Part shown: positions 30,421 through 40,696 of the stretch, one piece after another
Numbering within the stretch: the first letter of the stretch is position 1
Layout: every line of letters starts with the position of its first letter
Translations under genes and position numbers: made by a program
The notes under the pieces: model-generated
What the model saw: the letters and a program-made list of their open reading frames with translations, nothing else
What the model was told of the DNA's origin: nothing
The model's database searches: none
Assembly (NCBI GenBank): GCA_016930515.1
Contig: JAFGGO010000036.1
Span: 1 to 58,465, forward strand
Origin: Promethearchaeota archaeon
GTDB lineage: Archaea > Asgardarchaeota > Lokiarchaeia > Sigyniarchaeales > SOKP01
Direction: 5' to 3'
Length of the DNA stretch: 58,465 bases

Positions 30421-31134
30421 ATGGGCATACGAAAAATTGAAGATGAGATCGATCTAAAAGAAGCCATGAAAAAGCGAGCTACCGAGCTTCGTATTAAAGA
30501 AATTAAAGCGAAAGCATCAACTGAAAACTTCACAAAGGAGAGACTTGTAGAATTAGCAAAAAACCACGGCGTCATCTTGGCGCTAACTCCCGAGCTCAAA
30601 AAGGAAGTCAATGAGTTGCAGCAGAGATATAATATTCCAACATCTAAAATAATAACGGAACAAATTCAAGAACAAGACGTGTTGGATAAAAAATCTAAGA
30701 TTGACCATGACAAGTTAGGCATGCTTGCATATCAACGAGTACTCATGCGTAAGGACGAGACAGGCGGTATTTTACCCATTTCTGAAGTGTTCGAGATAGT
30801 GAACACGGGCACGCTGAAAAACAAGGTGGAATTGAAGGACTTGATTAAATCAATGAAAAATTTGAGCAAGAAAAATGTAATCGATAAAATGATGGAATTG
30901 GATTCTGGAGCGACTATCATCCATTTCTTTCCCATTCAATATACCAGTGATCAAGTAAGGATAATGGAATTGGCGAAAGATAATGGCTACATAACCCTCG
31001 AAGAAGCTTGCACGAAATTAGAATGGTCACAAGATAGAGCCTTGAGGGCATTAGACTCATTGGAAAGATCTGGCGTTGCTAAGTTTTCAGAATCCATTTT
31101 AAAAGGAAAACAGTGGTCTTTTCCATCAATTTAA
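30421..31134 (+). CDS. ESCRT-II EAP30 (Vps22/Vps36-like) winged-helix protein
   Basis: 'MGI' start, 'TGGILPISEV', 'LEWSQDRALRALDSL..G..W.FP' resemble Vps22/SNF8; located in the ESCRT cluster. Confidence 0.8.
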   Translation: MGIRKIEDEIDLKEAMKKRATELRIKEIKAKASTENFTKERLVELAKNHGVILALTPELKKEVNELQQRYNIPTSKIITEQIQEQDVLDKKSKIDHDKLGMLAYQRVLMRKDETGGILPISEVFEIVNTGTLKNKVELKDLIKSMKNLSKKNVIDKMMELDSGATIIHFFPIQYTSDQVRIMELAKDNGYITLEEACTKLEWSQDRALRALDSLERSGVAKFSESILKGKQWSFPSI

Positions 31135-31222
31135 TCCATACAACACTATTCCAGCATAATTTTTTCGCATTATAGATTAATAATCGGTCTAATGAAGATT
31201 ATTAAACTAAGTTTACTTATCT

Positions 31223-31705
31223 TTGTTTATGAAAATCACAATAATGACCGATACCCAATTTGGGAACGGAAAAATGCTCGCAGAGACATTAAAAGGAGAG
31301 TTTTCAGGCAATAACGATGTAAAAATAGCTGATGTTAAAGATGTATCAGCTGAAACGATTGCAAAAGAACTTCCTGACCTGCTAATAATAGGTGGAGCCA
31401 TCCGAGCGTTTAGAGGGGGACCAAAATCTAAAAAATGGTTAAAAAAATTTAACGATGCACTTAAAAAATCAGGTAAAAAGATCAAGTTTGGAACGGGATT
31501 TTTAACTCATGCCCTTCCAACGAACAAGGTTCACGGTTTTGCCAAAAAGTATTTGGACAAGATAAAGAATTCCTCAATGATTGAAAGCTCATATTCCGAG
31601 TTGCTAACAGCTCGCGTTCAAGGACTAAAAGGTCCTTTTTTTCCAGAAGAGGTCGAAAAAGCAATCGCTTACGCTCAGGACATAAATAAATGGCTAAGTG
31701 AATAA
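31223..31705 (+). CDS. Flavodoxin-like protein
   Basis: 'TQFGNGKMLAE', 'DLLIIGG', 'GLKGP..E'. Confidence 0.75.
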   Translation: MFMKITIMTDTQFGNGKMLAETLKGEFSGNNDVKIADVKDVSAETIAKELPDLLIIGGAIRAFRGGPKSKKWLKKFNDALKKSGKKIKFGTGFLTHALPTNKVHGFAKKYLDKIKNSSMIESSYSELLTARVQGLKGPFFPEEVEKAIAYAQDINKWLSE

Positions 31706-31753
31706 AAAAGTATCATGTGTCTCAATAATAAGGAGTACAATTTTTTAATAATT

Positions 31754-32698
31754 CTATTCGAGCTTTATTCTAAAAGCTAATTGTCCTTCTTCAAGTTTTA
31801 TTATTTTAGCCCTCTTGGATTTTGCCAGGATCTTGAAGATCTCTTCCAAATCTTCTTTTGGTAGCGTGCTAAACTCAAGTTGAGCGCCCCTAATTTCGAA
31901 TAGCATTATCGGATCTAACCGACCAAGATCGTAAGCCCAATTGTAAATTTCGTTTGCCCAATTATCCAATGATTTCCAATAAATCCTTAATTGTTCTTTT
32001 TTTTTGGTCAAGAAGGTAGCAAGACCTTGAGAAACTAGCTCCTCAGCAATTTCGCGAATACAATTCGCCCTGTCTTCGAATTTGGCAAATGGCTTTTCGG
32101 CAGCAATTTGTTTGACATAAATGACATGAAGGATGGCATATCGTGCATAATCGAAAAATACTTTAGACCATTCCCTCCTCCACGATAAATAATCGTTGAG
32201 ATTTTGTTTTTTTGAAGGTATAGAATACATGAATTCATATCGCTTTTCTTCGAGCCATGGATACGATTCGAGCAACTTTTCGTAGGGTGAAAGTTCCTTT
32301 TCTATCAATCCTGTTTCCCCGACGATTTCTTTTTCAAGCTTTTGGAGTTCTGATTCTATTTGAGTGGCGTGCTGCTTGTAAGCCTTCTCGTCGATCGTTC
32401 CCAAATTGCTGGTTAAAAAATCATCAATTTTAGCGAATCGAGCCTCTATTTCATCTTCGATTTCGAGCTCGACAGGTTCTTCTTTCAAGTAACTTTCGGA
32501 AGGTAAACTATCCTGTATATCATTTGAAACTTGAGAACTCTCTTTTTTTTTTTGTTTTTCCAATTCTTGGAGTTCTCTTTCTTTCTTGAGCTGTCTTAAA
32601 CGAAGGAGTTCTTCTTGAAGCTCCTTGAGTTCTTTATCTTTTTCAGCTGGAACTTCTCTTGGTTTTTCGTCCTCTTTTTGGGGTCTTTGCTTTTCCAT
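31754..32698 (-). CDS. ESCRT-II Vps25-like protein with long acidic coiled-coil N-terminal extension
   Basis: 'W..EW..VFFDY', 'IYWKSLDNWANEIYNWA', 'LFEI....EF..L' match Vps25. Confidence 0.8.
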   Translation of the reverse strand: MEKQRPQKEDEKPREVPAEKDKELKELQEELLRLRQLKKERELQELEKQKKKESSQVSNDIQDSLPSESYLKEEPVELEIEDEIEARFAKIDDFLTSNLGTIDEKAYKQHATQIESELQKLEKEIVGETGLIEKELSPYEKLLESYPWLEEKRYEFMYSIPSKKQNLNDYLSWRREWSKVFFDYARYAILHVIYVKQIAAEKPFAKFEDRANCIREIAEELVSQGLATFLTKKKEQLRIYWKSLDNWANEIYNWAYDLGRLDPIMLFEIRGAQLEFSTLPKEDLEEIFKILAKSKRAKIIKLEEGQLAFRIKLE

Positions 32699-32718
32699 AG
32701 TCTTATAATTACCTTAGA

Positions 32719-33945
32719 TCATGTAGTTTCGCCATATTCTTCTGCCCATTCTTCGTATTGTTGAAGAGAATTCTCACTTGTCATGGGTTTAACTTTTTTA
32801 AGTGTTTTTTTAAAATCGTTGAGGTTAATCGGTCTTACCTTGATTTCTTTGTTTGGATCCTCGAATAAACCGCTCATGTCCATTTCTCGAACGGGCATCA
32901 TTATGACTTCTTGACAGGCGTTTGATATGTCTCGACCTGAATATCCTTCTGATCTAACACCAAGTTCTATAAAATCGTCGTCGTCTAAATCCATCTCTAC
33001 TCCTTTCGTTTCGATCATAAAAATGGCGGATCTAGCAGCCAAATCGGGAAGTGGTACATACACTTTTTTTTGAAACCTACTTAGCATGGCATCGTCAATG
33101 TCCCAGGGGCGATTCGTGGCACCAAGAACTAACAAGCGCTTCTTGTCAGATGTTTTCAATCCTTGAATTTCGCTTAATAGTTGTGTTTTCACGCGTCGTT
33201 CGCCGCTACTTTCAGAACCACTCCCTCTTTTTGTAGCTACGGAATCAATTTCGTCAAGAAATAAGAGACTTGGTGCTCTCAAGCGAGCTAATTTAAATAA
33301 TATGCTGATCAATTTCTCGCTTTCGCCCAACCACTTGCTCAACAAGTCCGCAGAAGAGGCGCTAAAAAAAGTGGCTTTGCATTCGGTAGCAGCGGCCTTT
33401 GCGAGCAGAGTTTTTCCGCATCCCGGAGGTCCAAAAAGAAGAATGCCAGACCACGGTTTTCTTTTACCCGTGAAAAGTTCTGGTTTTAACATTGGTAATA
33501 CAATTGCTTCCCTGAGCGCTTGTTTGCAATTCTCCAATCCCGCAATATCATTCCAACGAATATCGGGCGATTCGGTTACGATTGTCCCCGAGATCATATC
33601 CACCATCTCTTGTTCTTCTTGAGAAAGCTCTCCACCCTCGGATCGCACTTTATCGTCTTTTGGAGCAGTGGAACTTGGTGAAGAATTAGATCTAACGGTT
33701 CTTGGTTGGGATCCACTTACATGTGATTTTAATATTTTCGCTCGATTAATGTAATCTTCGCTGTTTTTATGACATAACTTTTTCATTTCTTCGTTCTTAC
33801 TGTATTTCATGTATTGAATAAGTATTTCTGCAGCTCTTTGATACTTATTTATCGCTTGTTGGTATTTTCCTTGACGGTCTAATATTACTGCTTGCTTGGC
33901 TTCTTCTACTGCATATGAGTATAGTTTCGAATCGAAGCTTGACAT
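32719..33945 (-). CDS. vps4: Vps4 AAA ATPase with N-terminal MIT domain
   Basis: MIT 'AVILDRQGKYQQAI..Y'; Walker A GPPGCGKT; pore loop 'SKWLGESEK'; Walker B 'LFLDEIDS'. Confidence 0.93.
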   Translation of the reverse strand: MSSFDSKLYSYAVEEAKQAVILDRQGKYQQAINKYQRAAEILIQYMKYSKNEEMKKLCHKNSEDYINRAKILKSHVSGSQPRTVRSNSSPSSTAPKDDKVRSEGGELSQEEQEMVDMISGTIVTESPDIRWNDIAGLENCKQALREAIVLPMLKPELFTGKRKPWSGILLFGPPGCGKTLLAKAAATECKATFFSASSADLLSKWLGESEKLISILFKLARLRAPSLLFLDEIDSVATKRGSGSESSGERRVKTQLLSEIQGLKTSDKKRLLVLGATNRPWDIDDAMLSRFQKKVYVPLPDLAARSAIFMIETKGVEMDLDDDDFIELGVRSEGYSGRDISNACQEVIMMPVREMDMSGLFEDPNKEIKVRPINLNDFKKTLKKVKPMTSENSLQQYEEWAEEYGETT

Positions 33946-34199
33946 TTTTTCGTTTTCCCTCGCAACTTTCTTGATATTTATTTATTTTAAAGTATAAATC
34001 ATGCTTGAAAAATGTTTAGCATTCCATACACAAATCTAACTAATAATGATATTTAATTGTAAGCTAGACCATTTTTCCCACTAATTCGATTTTATATTCT
34101 CTTTGAGTTCTCTTTCAATCGCAAAAATCATAAAAAACGGACTCCACATAATTTTATAATATCGTGTTTATTACTATACTATAGAATTAAAATCTATAG

Positions 34200-34838
34200 A
34201 TGACTCAAATGGGATTTTTAAAAGATTTATCAAAATGGCTTGGTGGTGGGAGAGCTAAAAAAGACAATGTGCGCTCGGCGGCAATCAAGTTAAAAGTCTT
34301 TAACAAGCGCCTCATGCGACAGACAAAAAAATTAGAAACGACTGCTCAACAAGCAAAAGACAAGGCAGTTGCCTTGAGGAGGCAAGGAGACGCAGACGGT
34401 TCCACATTTCACGCTCGTAACTACCTTCAAATAAAGAAGCAAGCTCGCGCAGTTGACGCTTTTCGGACGAATCTGGAGGGTCTCCAGTTCAAGCTAGAGC
34501 AAGCGAACGCCGTGAACGATGTTGCCCAAATCATGGGAGGAATTCAACAATCGCTTTCTCAACTTAAAAGTCAATTATCCATCCCTCAATTGACCGAAAT
34601 GATGGGACAATTAGACATGGACATGGAAGACTTTGCAGTAACTCAGGAAATCGCTGCAGAAGGCATGAGCAACATCACGCTCGACACTGCCGTATCCGAT
34701 GGCGATGTAAAAAACTTCTTAGGAGAAATAGATGCTGAACTTCAAGTAGAAGTCGGTGGAGCTTTACCGAGCGTCGTACCAGAGGGTAAAATTAGCGAGC
34801 TTGAAAAAGAATTAGACCGACTCAAACAGAACGATTAA
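34200..34838 (+). CDS. ESCRT-III Snf7-family protein (Vps2/24/46 class)
   Basis: Basic N-terminal helices, acidic C-terminal half, MIM1-like terminus 'ELEKELDRLK'. Confidence 0.85.
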   Translation: MTQMGFLKDLSKWLGGGRAKKDNVRSAAIKLKVFNKRLMRQTKKLETTAQQAKDKAVALRRQGDADGSTFHARNYLQIKKQARAVDAFRTNLEGLQFKLEQANAVNDVAQIMGGIQQSLSQLKSQLSIPQLTEMMGQLDMDMEDFAVTQEIAAEGMSNITLDTAVSDGDVKNFLGEIDAELQVEVGGALPSVVPEGKISELEKELDRLKQND

Positions 34839-35056
34839 TGTATCATTTTAATTTTTCTTAAATAAATTCGTGGCTTAATGATAGTTGTTCATTAAGAAAT
34901 GAAATATTCCCGATGGAAACTATATTTTAATAGTAAATTTTTTTAAATGAGACTATCCTATAACTTGCATCTTTTGTAAAGTTTAATATTTTTTCATAAT
35001 TTATTTTATGCATACATTATTCAAGGTGTAAATTTTTCAATACAAGATGTTCAATC

Positions 35057-36214
35057 GTGTTTGAAGCAGAAAAGTGTACCAGATGTGGAATTTGTCTCGA
35101 AAGTTGTCCTGTTATCGATCTAACAATAGAACAAGCCAAGCAAGAAATTGAAAATCTCATTGCAGGCTCAAGTTTTATTGTGAACGAATGTGCAAGTTGT
35201 GGAACCTGCGATTTAAATTGTCCATTTGATTTAACTCCATCAGATCTGATAAGAGAACTAAAATACAAGCAAATTGAGGAGTTTGATAAAAACGGAAAAA
35301 TTCCCCGAATGGCTAAATTCATATTTCCATTCAACAAGCCAAATGTGTTCGAGTTTTTTGAGAATCTATTAATGAGTCCCGAAGAAAAACAAAATTTGGT
35401 AGAATGGAAAAACCCCGCTAAATCAGAAGAACTTGTTCTTTTAGGATGCTCAATTGCGTATTTAATGCAACATCTCTATAAGAACCCAACGCTTGAGATG
35501 TTATTAAATGGAAAAGCTATTGCTGGAGGTATAGAATTTTGCTGCGGCGAAATATATCACAGGACGTGCTTTCCACTCTTAAAGAATGATTTAGAAAATA
35601 AATTACTTTTAAAATTTCAGGATTTAGGAGTTAAAAAGTTGATTTTATTCTGCAACGAGTGTTACGAGGCATATAAGCACGAGTATAAAAAAATATCAAA
35701 CGAATTTGAGATCATTTCTATATGGGAATACATTGCTAAAGCAATTAAGAACGGAGAGCTGAAAATATCAAACCCTTTGAACTTAAAGGTAGCCTTTCAC
35801 GACGCTTGCGTGGTAAAGAAGTATCCCGAATTACTTAATTATCCCCGAGAGATAGTGGAAGCTGCTGGTTGCGAGATCGTCGAATTAGAACACAATCGGG
35901 AAAATTCCTTGTGCTGCGGATTGTCTTTGGGATTAACTAATCGCAATCTCTCTGATCAGACGAGAAAAAAAAGATTTAACGAATTTAAAAAAGCTGATTC
36001 TGATTTTTTTATTACCACATGCCCTGGATGCATATCAACTTTCTCAATGGATTACAAGATACAAGCAAAAAAGTACAAAGTATTGTCCGTATTGGAATTG
36101 TTACGAATGGCCTGTGGCGAAACAGTTGACGCATATAAAAATATCAAGATATATAACAGCATTGTAAATAAATCCATGGAAGAAGCACAAGCAAGGAAGA
36201 TTTTAAAAAAGTGA
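35057..36214 (+). CDS. HdrD/GlcF-like Fe-S oxidoreductase (ferredoxin plus CCG domains)
   Basis: Two CxxCxxCxxxCP motifs, two CCG motifs, 'FHDAC', 'CPGC'. Confidence 0.88.
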   Translation: MFEAEKCTRCGICLESCPVIDLTIEQAKQEIENLIAGSSFIVNECASCGTCDLNCPFDLTPSDLIRELKYKQIEEFDKNGKIPRMAKFIFPFNKPNVFEFFENLLMSPEEKQNLVEWKNPAKSEELVLLGCSIAYLMQHLYKNPTLEMLLNGKAIAGGIEFCCGEIYHRTCFPLLKNDLENKLLLKFQDLGVKKLILFCNECYEAYKHEYKKISNEFEIISIWEYIAKAIKNGELKISNPLNLKVAFHDACVVKKYPELLNYPREIVEAAGCEIVELEHNRENSLCCGLSLGLTNRNLSDQTRKKRFNEFKKADSDFFITTCPGCISTFSMDYKIQAKKYKVLSVLELLRMACGETVDAYKNIKIYNSIVNKSMEEAQARKILKK

Positions 36215-36590
36215 TCAGCTGAAGACTTCACTTGGTGCGAGCTGTCTTGGAAAGAACTAACCCAACCTCCAGAAAAACAAGATTCAACGAGTAAACCAAC
36301 ATGATTACTATCCAATTCGTCTACATCTATGCGAAATTCATTAGAATTGATATCCATTCCAATCGGCAGCGCATAAGGTGAATGAAGATTCTGTTGAAGG
36401 AGAATAATCTCAATCCTGATTAATAGAACTTACTAATACCTGATCTCCTGCAGCGCTAGAATGTAATTCCTCGATATAATTACTTGGAACGATATTCATG
36501 ACCCCAAAGTTCTTGTTTAACACAAACGCGACTGGAACTAAAAAGGCAAGAACAATCGCTACGCAAGTATTTTTTTTTTAATTTATTCAT
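36215..36590 (-). pseudogene. Decayed paralog of the secreted clan-CD peptidase
   Basis: Signal peptide frameshifted in an A10 run, internal TGA, second frameshift, and remnant 'VGLLVESCFSGGWV...VKSSAD' similar to 'KGVLAQSCNSGGFV...VISSSD' of 37149..39053. Confidence 0.7.
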
Positions 36591-36660
36591 CGTTTTGAAT
36601 CGTCTTTTTTATTGTCTTTTTCTTTTTTATTTGAGTAAAAAAGCATATTTGAATGTCTCG

Positions 36661-36845
36661 TGGTAGCATATAAAGGCAATTGGCACAAAATGGAATGTTC
36701 GATTTTTGCGCTTGCTTTTCTCGTTAAAAAACCGCCCGATTAGCCGATAAAAATCCCTATTCTTGTAGCGCTAATCAGTCAAAACTAAACTATATTAAAA
36801 TATTCTCGTGAGCTTGGTTTTATTCCGTTCATATAGGATAAACAC
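36661..36845. repeat. 185-bp non-coding direct repeat, copy A
   Basis: Six mismatches to 39127..39311 by manual alignment. Confidence 0.92.
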
Positions 36846-37148
36846 ATCTATAAACGATTTATTACTTTTTCTTGCTTTCTTTTTTTCACTCGATCATTCT
36901 CGTTCTAATTGCGTTTGTTCCTACTTGATAATCAACATTCTTTCCTTTTAATATGATTTATTGTGCATTGATAAATAAAAAACCAATCATTCGCTGAACA
37001 AGTTAATTTCATTTATAGTACTCATTTTTACTGTTGATCTTCAAGCATTTAAATTCGACTCGAGCGCTGAAACAGTGATTTAAATTCCAAGCATCAATAC
37101 AAAAATAAAAAAAAAAATGAGATAGTTAAATCTCGAGTTAAATTTGAA

Positions 37149-39053
37149 TCATCCAGAAAAAAATACATAAGAATCATGCGTTGCCATTTGCGGATTATCA
37201 TTAAATAGAAACAGGTCGTTACAGGTTAAATAAAAGGCTTCCTCGCCATTAGATCTAAAATTTAGATGGCTGTAATAATACCACGCAAAAATGGGACCAT
37301 GAGATAATTGATATATATCCGAAGAAGATATAACGAAGTAATCTCCACCTCTAAAATCTTCTACGAATCCTCCTGAATTACAAGATTGGGCTAAAACTCC
37401 TTTTCTAATGGTGTCAAATCTATCAAAATAAATGCGACATATATCTGAATATATCGTACCTGCACCGTTTCTAGCAAGAGCGATATGAGATCCACAACCA
37501 TAACCACCATGACCAGCGAGATGTATAAACACGGTATCTTTTAGACCTTCGTAATTCGCAATCTCGTTAACCTTTTCTTCAAAACCACTTCTCAAGTCCT
37601 CGTGCATAAAAAACTTGGAATAACCACCGTTGGCAAGAACATTCCTAAATATTGCAATCATCTCATCTTCCCATGGAAAATTTATATTATTTGGTGGTAC
37701 ACCCATAGAAATGAAATCAGAAGCCCAAAAAAATGCAGCGATTTTTTCAGCATGATTGTCTACGGTTGCTTGTGTGATTTCTTCTGAAGATGCATGTCCG
37801 AGATAATCGTAGGCAATAACCTTTATCTCGTGAGGTCCTTCTGCGTATATTGTAGTATCCCATTGATATGTAAAGCTCGTAATACTTGGATCGGGATACA
37901 GCATGGAATAATCTGTATATGCCCATTTTCCATCAATATAGAATTTTACTTCTTTCACACCTACATCATCAGTTGCAGTAACCTTAATCGTGTAGGTTTC
38001 ACAAATGCACTCATAGTATAGATCATTTATTACAACAGGGGATAAAATAGATACTTCCGGTTTGATTGAATCATCAATTATGTGAATTGGTACAACAGAA
38101 GAAACTTTTGTTTGGGATCCAATTAATTGAAGAGAATGATCTCCTAAATCAGGCATAGGAATTATATTGTTCGCAGGAAGAGAAATTGAGTCGCCCGAGT
38201 CTATTTTATATTTCATTTGATTTATACCCACATTCTTAGCCACCTCGTAATTCACTTCGATACCGCTTGAACCATAATGATAATAATTGTTTGGTTCGGG
38301 ATCCTCAATCCTTATTGGAACATAAGAACCGTAACACGCTTCCACGGTGGCCATATCAATCTTTATGGCAACGGCAGGAGGCCATCTCACATACCACCAC
38401 CACACTGGTTGCATCCAATGCTGGGCCCATGTATAGATCATGATCGCAACTTGTCCGTCTTCGTTGACATAATCGTACAAGCTTGAAGCCTTGTTGAGAT
38501 CAAAGCCTAATAATTGATTCCAATCATATTGCCATGTGAGAAAAATACGACTCGATGTTTGAATGTTACTGGTTAACATCGTCCAAGAATTTGTTGCATA
38601 GTTCCGTATCATTATGTCTACATGTCCTGTTGGGTTATATAAATTTGCGTCGATGCTAAATTTTATTTTCAAGTTGTCTAAGGTCAAATCGGGATACGCC
38701 TCGGGAAGGATGTCAAAATAATATACATCCACGACTTCGAAGCCGTCCACTCGATAAGCTGCTTCGTATAGATACTCGTTATAATTTCCATCTACCGTCG
38801 AAGCCCATCCCGAAGGTTTTGTTGGATCTGTCTTTTTACTGTGTAAGTTTAAAGGTATGCTTTCAGAATGGCTATTACTCGAAGGTGTTCTTGATCCTTC
38901 AGAATAATAATATGGAGCAAAAAGACTCGTATGTGGTTCTGAAGCTTCTGAAGAAGCAGGAATTGATTCATTTTGGAATAAAATAGTACTAATTGGTAAG
39001 ATCGATCCAAGAATCACAAGCAAAATTGCTATTGTTTTAATTTTATTTTTCAT
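37149..39053 (-). CDS. Secreted Ig-like domain protein with C-terminal clan CD (caspase/legumain-like) peptidase domain
   Basis: Signal peptide; Ig-like 'VTATDDVGVKEVKFYIDG...WDTT...GPHEIKVIAYD'; dyad motifs 'HLAGHGG' and 'QSCNSGGF'. Confidence 0.75.
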   Translation of the reverse strand: MKNKIKTIAILLVILGSILPISTILFQNESIPASSEASEPHTSLFAPYYYSEGSRTPSSNSHSESIPLNLHSKKTDPTKPSGWASTVDGNYNEYLYEAAYRVDGFEVVDVYYFDILPEAYPDLTLDNLKIKFSIDANLYNPTGHVDIMIRNYATNSWTMLTSNIQTSSRIFLTWQYDWNQLLGFDLNKASSLYDYVNEDGQVAIMIYTWAQHWMQPVWWWYVRWPPAVAIKIDMATVEACYGSYVPIRIEDPEPNNYYHYGSSGIEVNYEVAKNVGINQMKYKIDSGDSISLPANNIIPMPDLGDHSLQLIGSQTKVSSVVPIHIIDDSIKPEVSILSPVVINDLYYECICETYTIKVTATDDVGVKEVKFYIDGKWAYTDYSMLYPDPSITSFTYQWDTTIYAEGPHEIKVIAYDYLGHASSEEITQATVDNHAEKIAAFFWASDFISMGVPPNNINFPWEDEMIAIFRNVLANGGYSKFFMHEDLRSGFEEKVNEIANYEGLKDTVFIHLAGHGGYGCGSHIALARNGAGTIYSDICRIYFDRFDTIRKGVLAQSCNSGGFVEDFRGGDYFVISSSDIYQLSHGPIFAWYYYSHLNFRSNGEEAFYLTCNDLFLFNDNPQMATHDSYVFFSG

Positions 39054-39126
39054 TTTAAGTCGTCGTCTTTTTTCTTTTTGCTTTTTTATATATTTTGATT
39101 AAAAAAAAGCAAGTTTCATTATCTCT

Positions 39127-39311
39127 TGGTAGCATATAAAGGCAATTGGTACAAAATGGAACGTTCGATTTTTACGCTTGCTTTTCTCGTTAAAAAACCG
39201 CCCGATTAGCAGGTAAAAATCCCTATTCTTGTAGCGCTAATCAGTCAAAACTAAACTATATTAAAATATTCTCGTGAGCTTGGTTTTATTCCGTTCATAC
39301 AGGATAAACAC
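39127..39311. repeat. 185-bp non-coding direct repeat, copy B
   Basis: Matches copy A; has a minus-strand TATA-like CTTTATATG at its gene-proximal end. Confidence 0.92.
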
Positions 39312-39616
39312 CTCCACAAACTATTTCCTAATTGTTATCGTATTTCTTTTGATTTTTATCAAATTTTTATTCCAGTTAGATGCGTTTTGCGAAATAGTGA
39401 TTTAGCCGTTTAAAAACCATTGATCTAACAAGTCTTCGCATTTTTATATTTTTAGTAAGTTAGAAATAATTCTTTTTATAAATTTTACATATTTTTCAAA
39501 TTAATTATTTTTTATCTTAATCTTCCCTAGTAGAAAGAAATAAAACCAATTTGAAAATATTATTTTATAATTCAAAACCGTTTTGTTTCAATTATTTATT
39601 ATTTAAAAAAGTAATC

Positions 39617-40696
39617 ATGTCGATCTTTAGAAAAAGTATAAAATTGCTAAGAAAGAGAAATAAAAAAATTGGATTACCTCCAGGTACATTGATTTACACT
39701 GGTGAGAGAAAACCAGAACAAGAAAAGGTCACCATTATTGATTATAACGATAAAAAGATCGATATTAGGGAATTAAAAGAGCTTAAGATAAATTTAAAAG
39801 AAACAGAAAAAGAATTTGTTAGATGGATCAACATTACTGGTCTTGGACAAATGGAGGTGATTGAAGAATTAGGAAGGCAATTTGATCTTCACCCACTCCT
39901 CCTCGAAGACGTGCTAAATCCCGATCAAAGGCCGAAAATTGAAAATTACGGAAATTTTTTATTCTTGATCCTTAACATCATCTGGTGGGACAATAAAGAA
40001 AAAAATATCCAGTCGGAACAAGTTAGCTTGATTTTGGGAAAATCTTATGTCATGACTTTTCGAGAGTTTGAAAACGACTTATTTTTCCCAATCGTCGACA
40101 GATTGAAACAAGCAAAAGGAAGAATAAGAAAAATGGAAGAAGATTACCTCCTTTACAGCCTTATCGATATCATCATTGATAATTATTTTGTTATCATAGA
40201 AAAGATTGGTAATAAGATAGACAAAATCGAAGAAGACTTGATCGATAATCCTACAATAAATACTTTACAAGAAATTCATTCGTTAAGAAGAGAAGTAATT
40301 ACACTGCGCAAATCCATTTGGCCATCAAGAAGCGTGATAAATAGTCTCCAGAGAGAGGAAGCTTTCATAAAAGATTCAACTCAAATTTATTTAAGAGATA
40401 TTTACGACCATATAATTCAAATAATTGATAATTTCGAAAATTTCCGAGATATTATATCTAGCTTGCTTGATATTTATTTATCTAGCGTGAGTAATAAGAT
40501 GAACGAAGTAATGAAGGTATTAACCATTATTTCAACGACTTTCATCCCGATTTCGTTTCTTGCGGGATTTTACGGAATGAATTTTACACACATGCCCGAA
40601 TTATCTTCCCTATATGGATACCCCATCTTAATCAGCATCATGATAATCATTGCTCTAATAATGCTCATGTACTTTAAGAGACGAAGGTGGATATAG
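39617..40696 (+). CDS. corA: Magnesium/cobalt transporter CorA
   Basis: 'GLPPGTL', 'LHPLLLEDV', 'YGMNF..MPEL'; likely start is the ATG at 39617. Confidence 0.95.
   Translation: MSIFRKSIKLLRKRNKKIGLPPGTLIYTGERKPEQEKVTIIDYNDKKIDIRELKELKINLKETEKEFVRWINITGLGQMEVIEELGRQFDLHPLLLEDVLNPDQRPKIENYGNFLFLILNIIWWDNKEKNIQSEQVSLILGKSYVMTFREFENDLFFPIVDRLKQAKGRIRKMEEDYLLYSLIDIIIDNYFVIIEKIGNKIDKIEEDLIDNPTINTLQEIHSLRREVITLRKSIWPSRSVINSLQREEAFIKDSTQIYLRDIYDHIIQIIDNFENFRDIISSLLDIYLSSVSNKMNEVMKVLTIISTTFIPISFLAGFYGMNFTHMPELSSLYGYPILISIMIIIALIMLMYFKRRRWI

Noticed and set aside
36052-36357. 101-aa ORF as an intact gene
   Set aside because: Only the first ~48 aa are a protease remnant; the rest is antisense to the Fe-S gene.
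36661-39311. Repeats as transposon ends or prophage att sites
   Set aside because: No transposase or integrase in the window, no visible terminal inverted repeats or target-site duplication, and both copies sit at the same promoter-side position.
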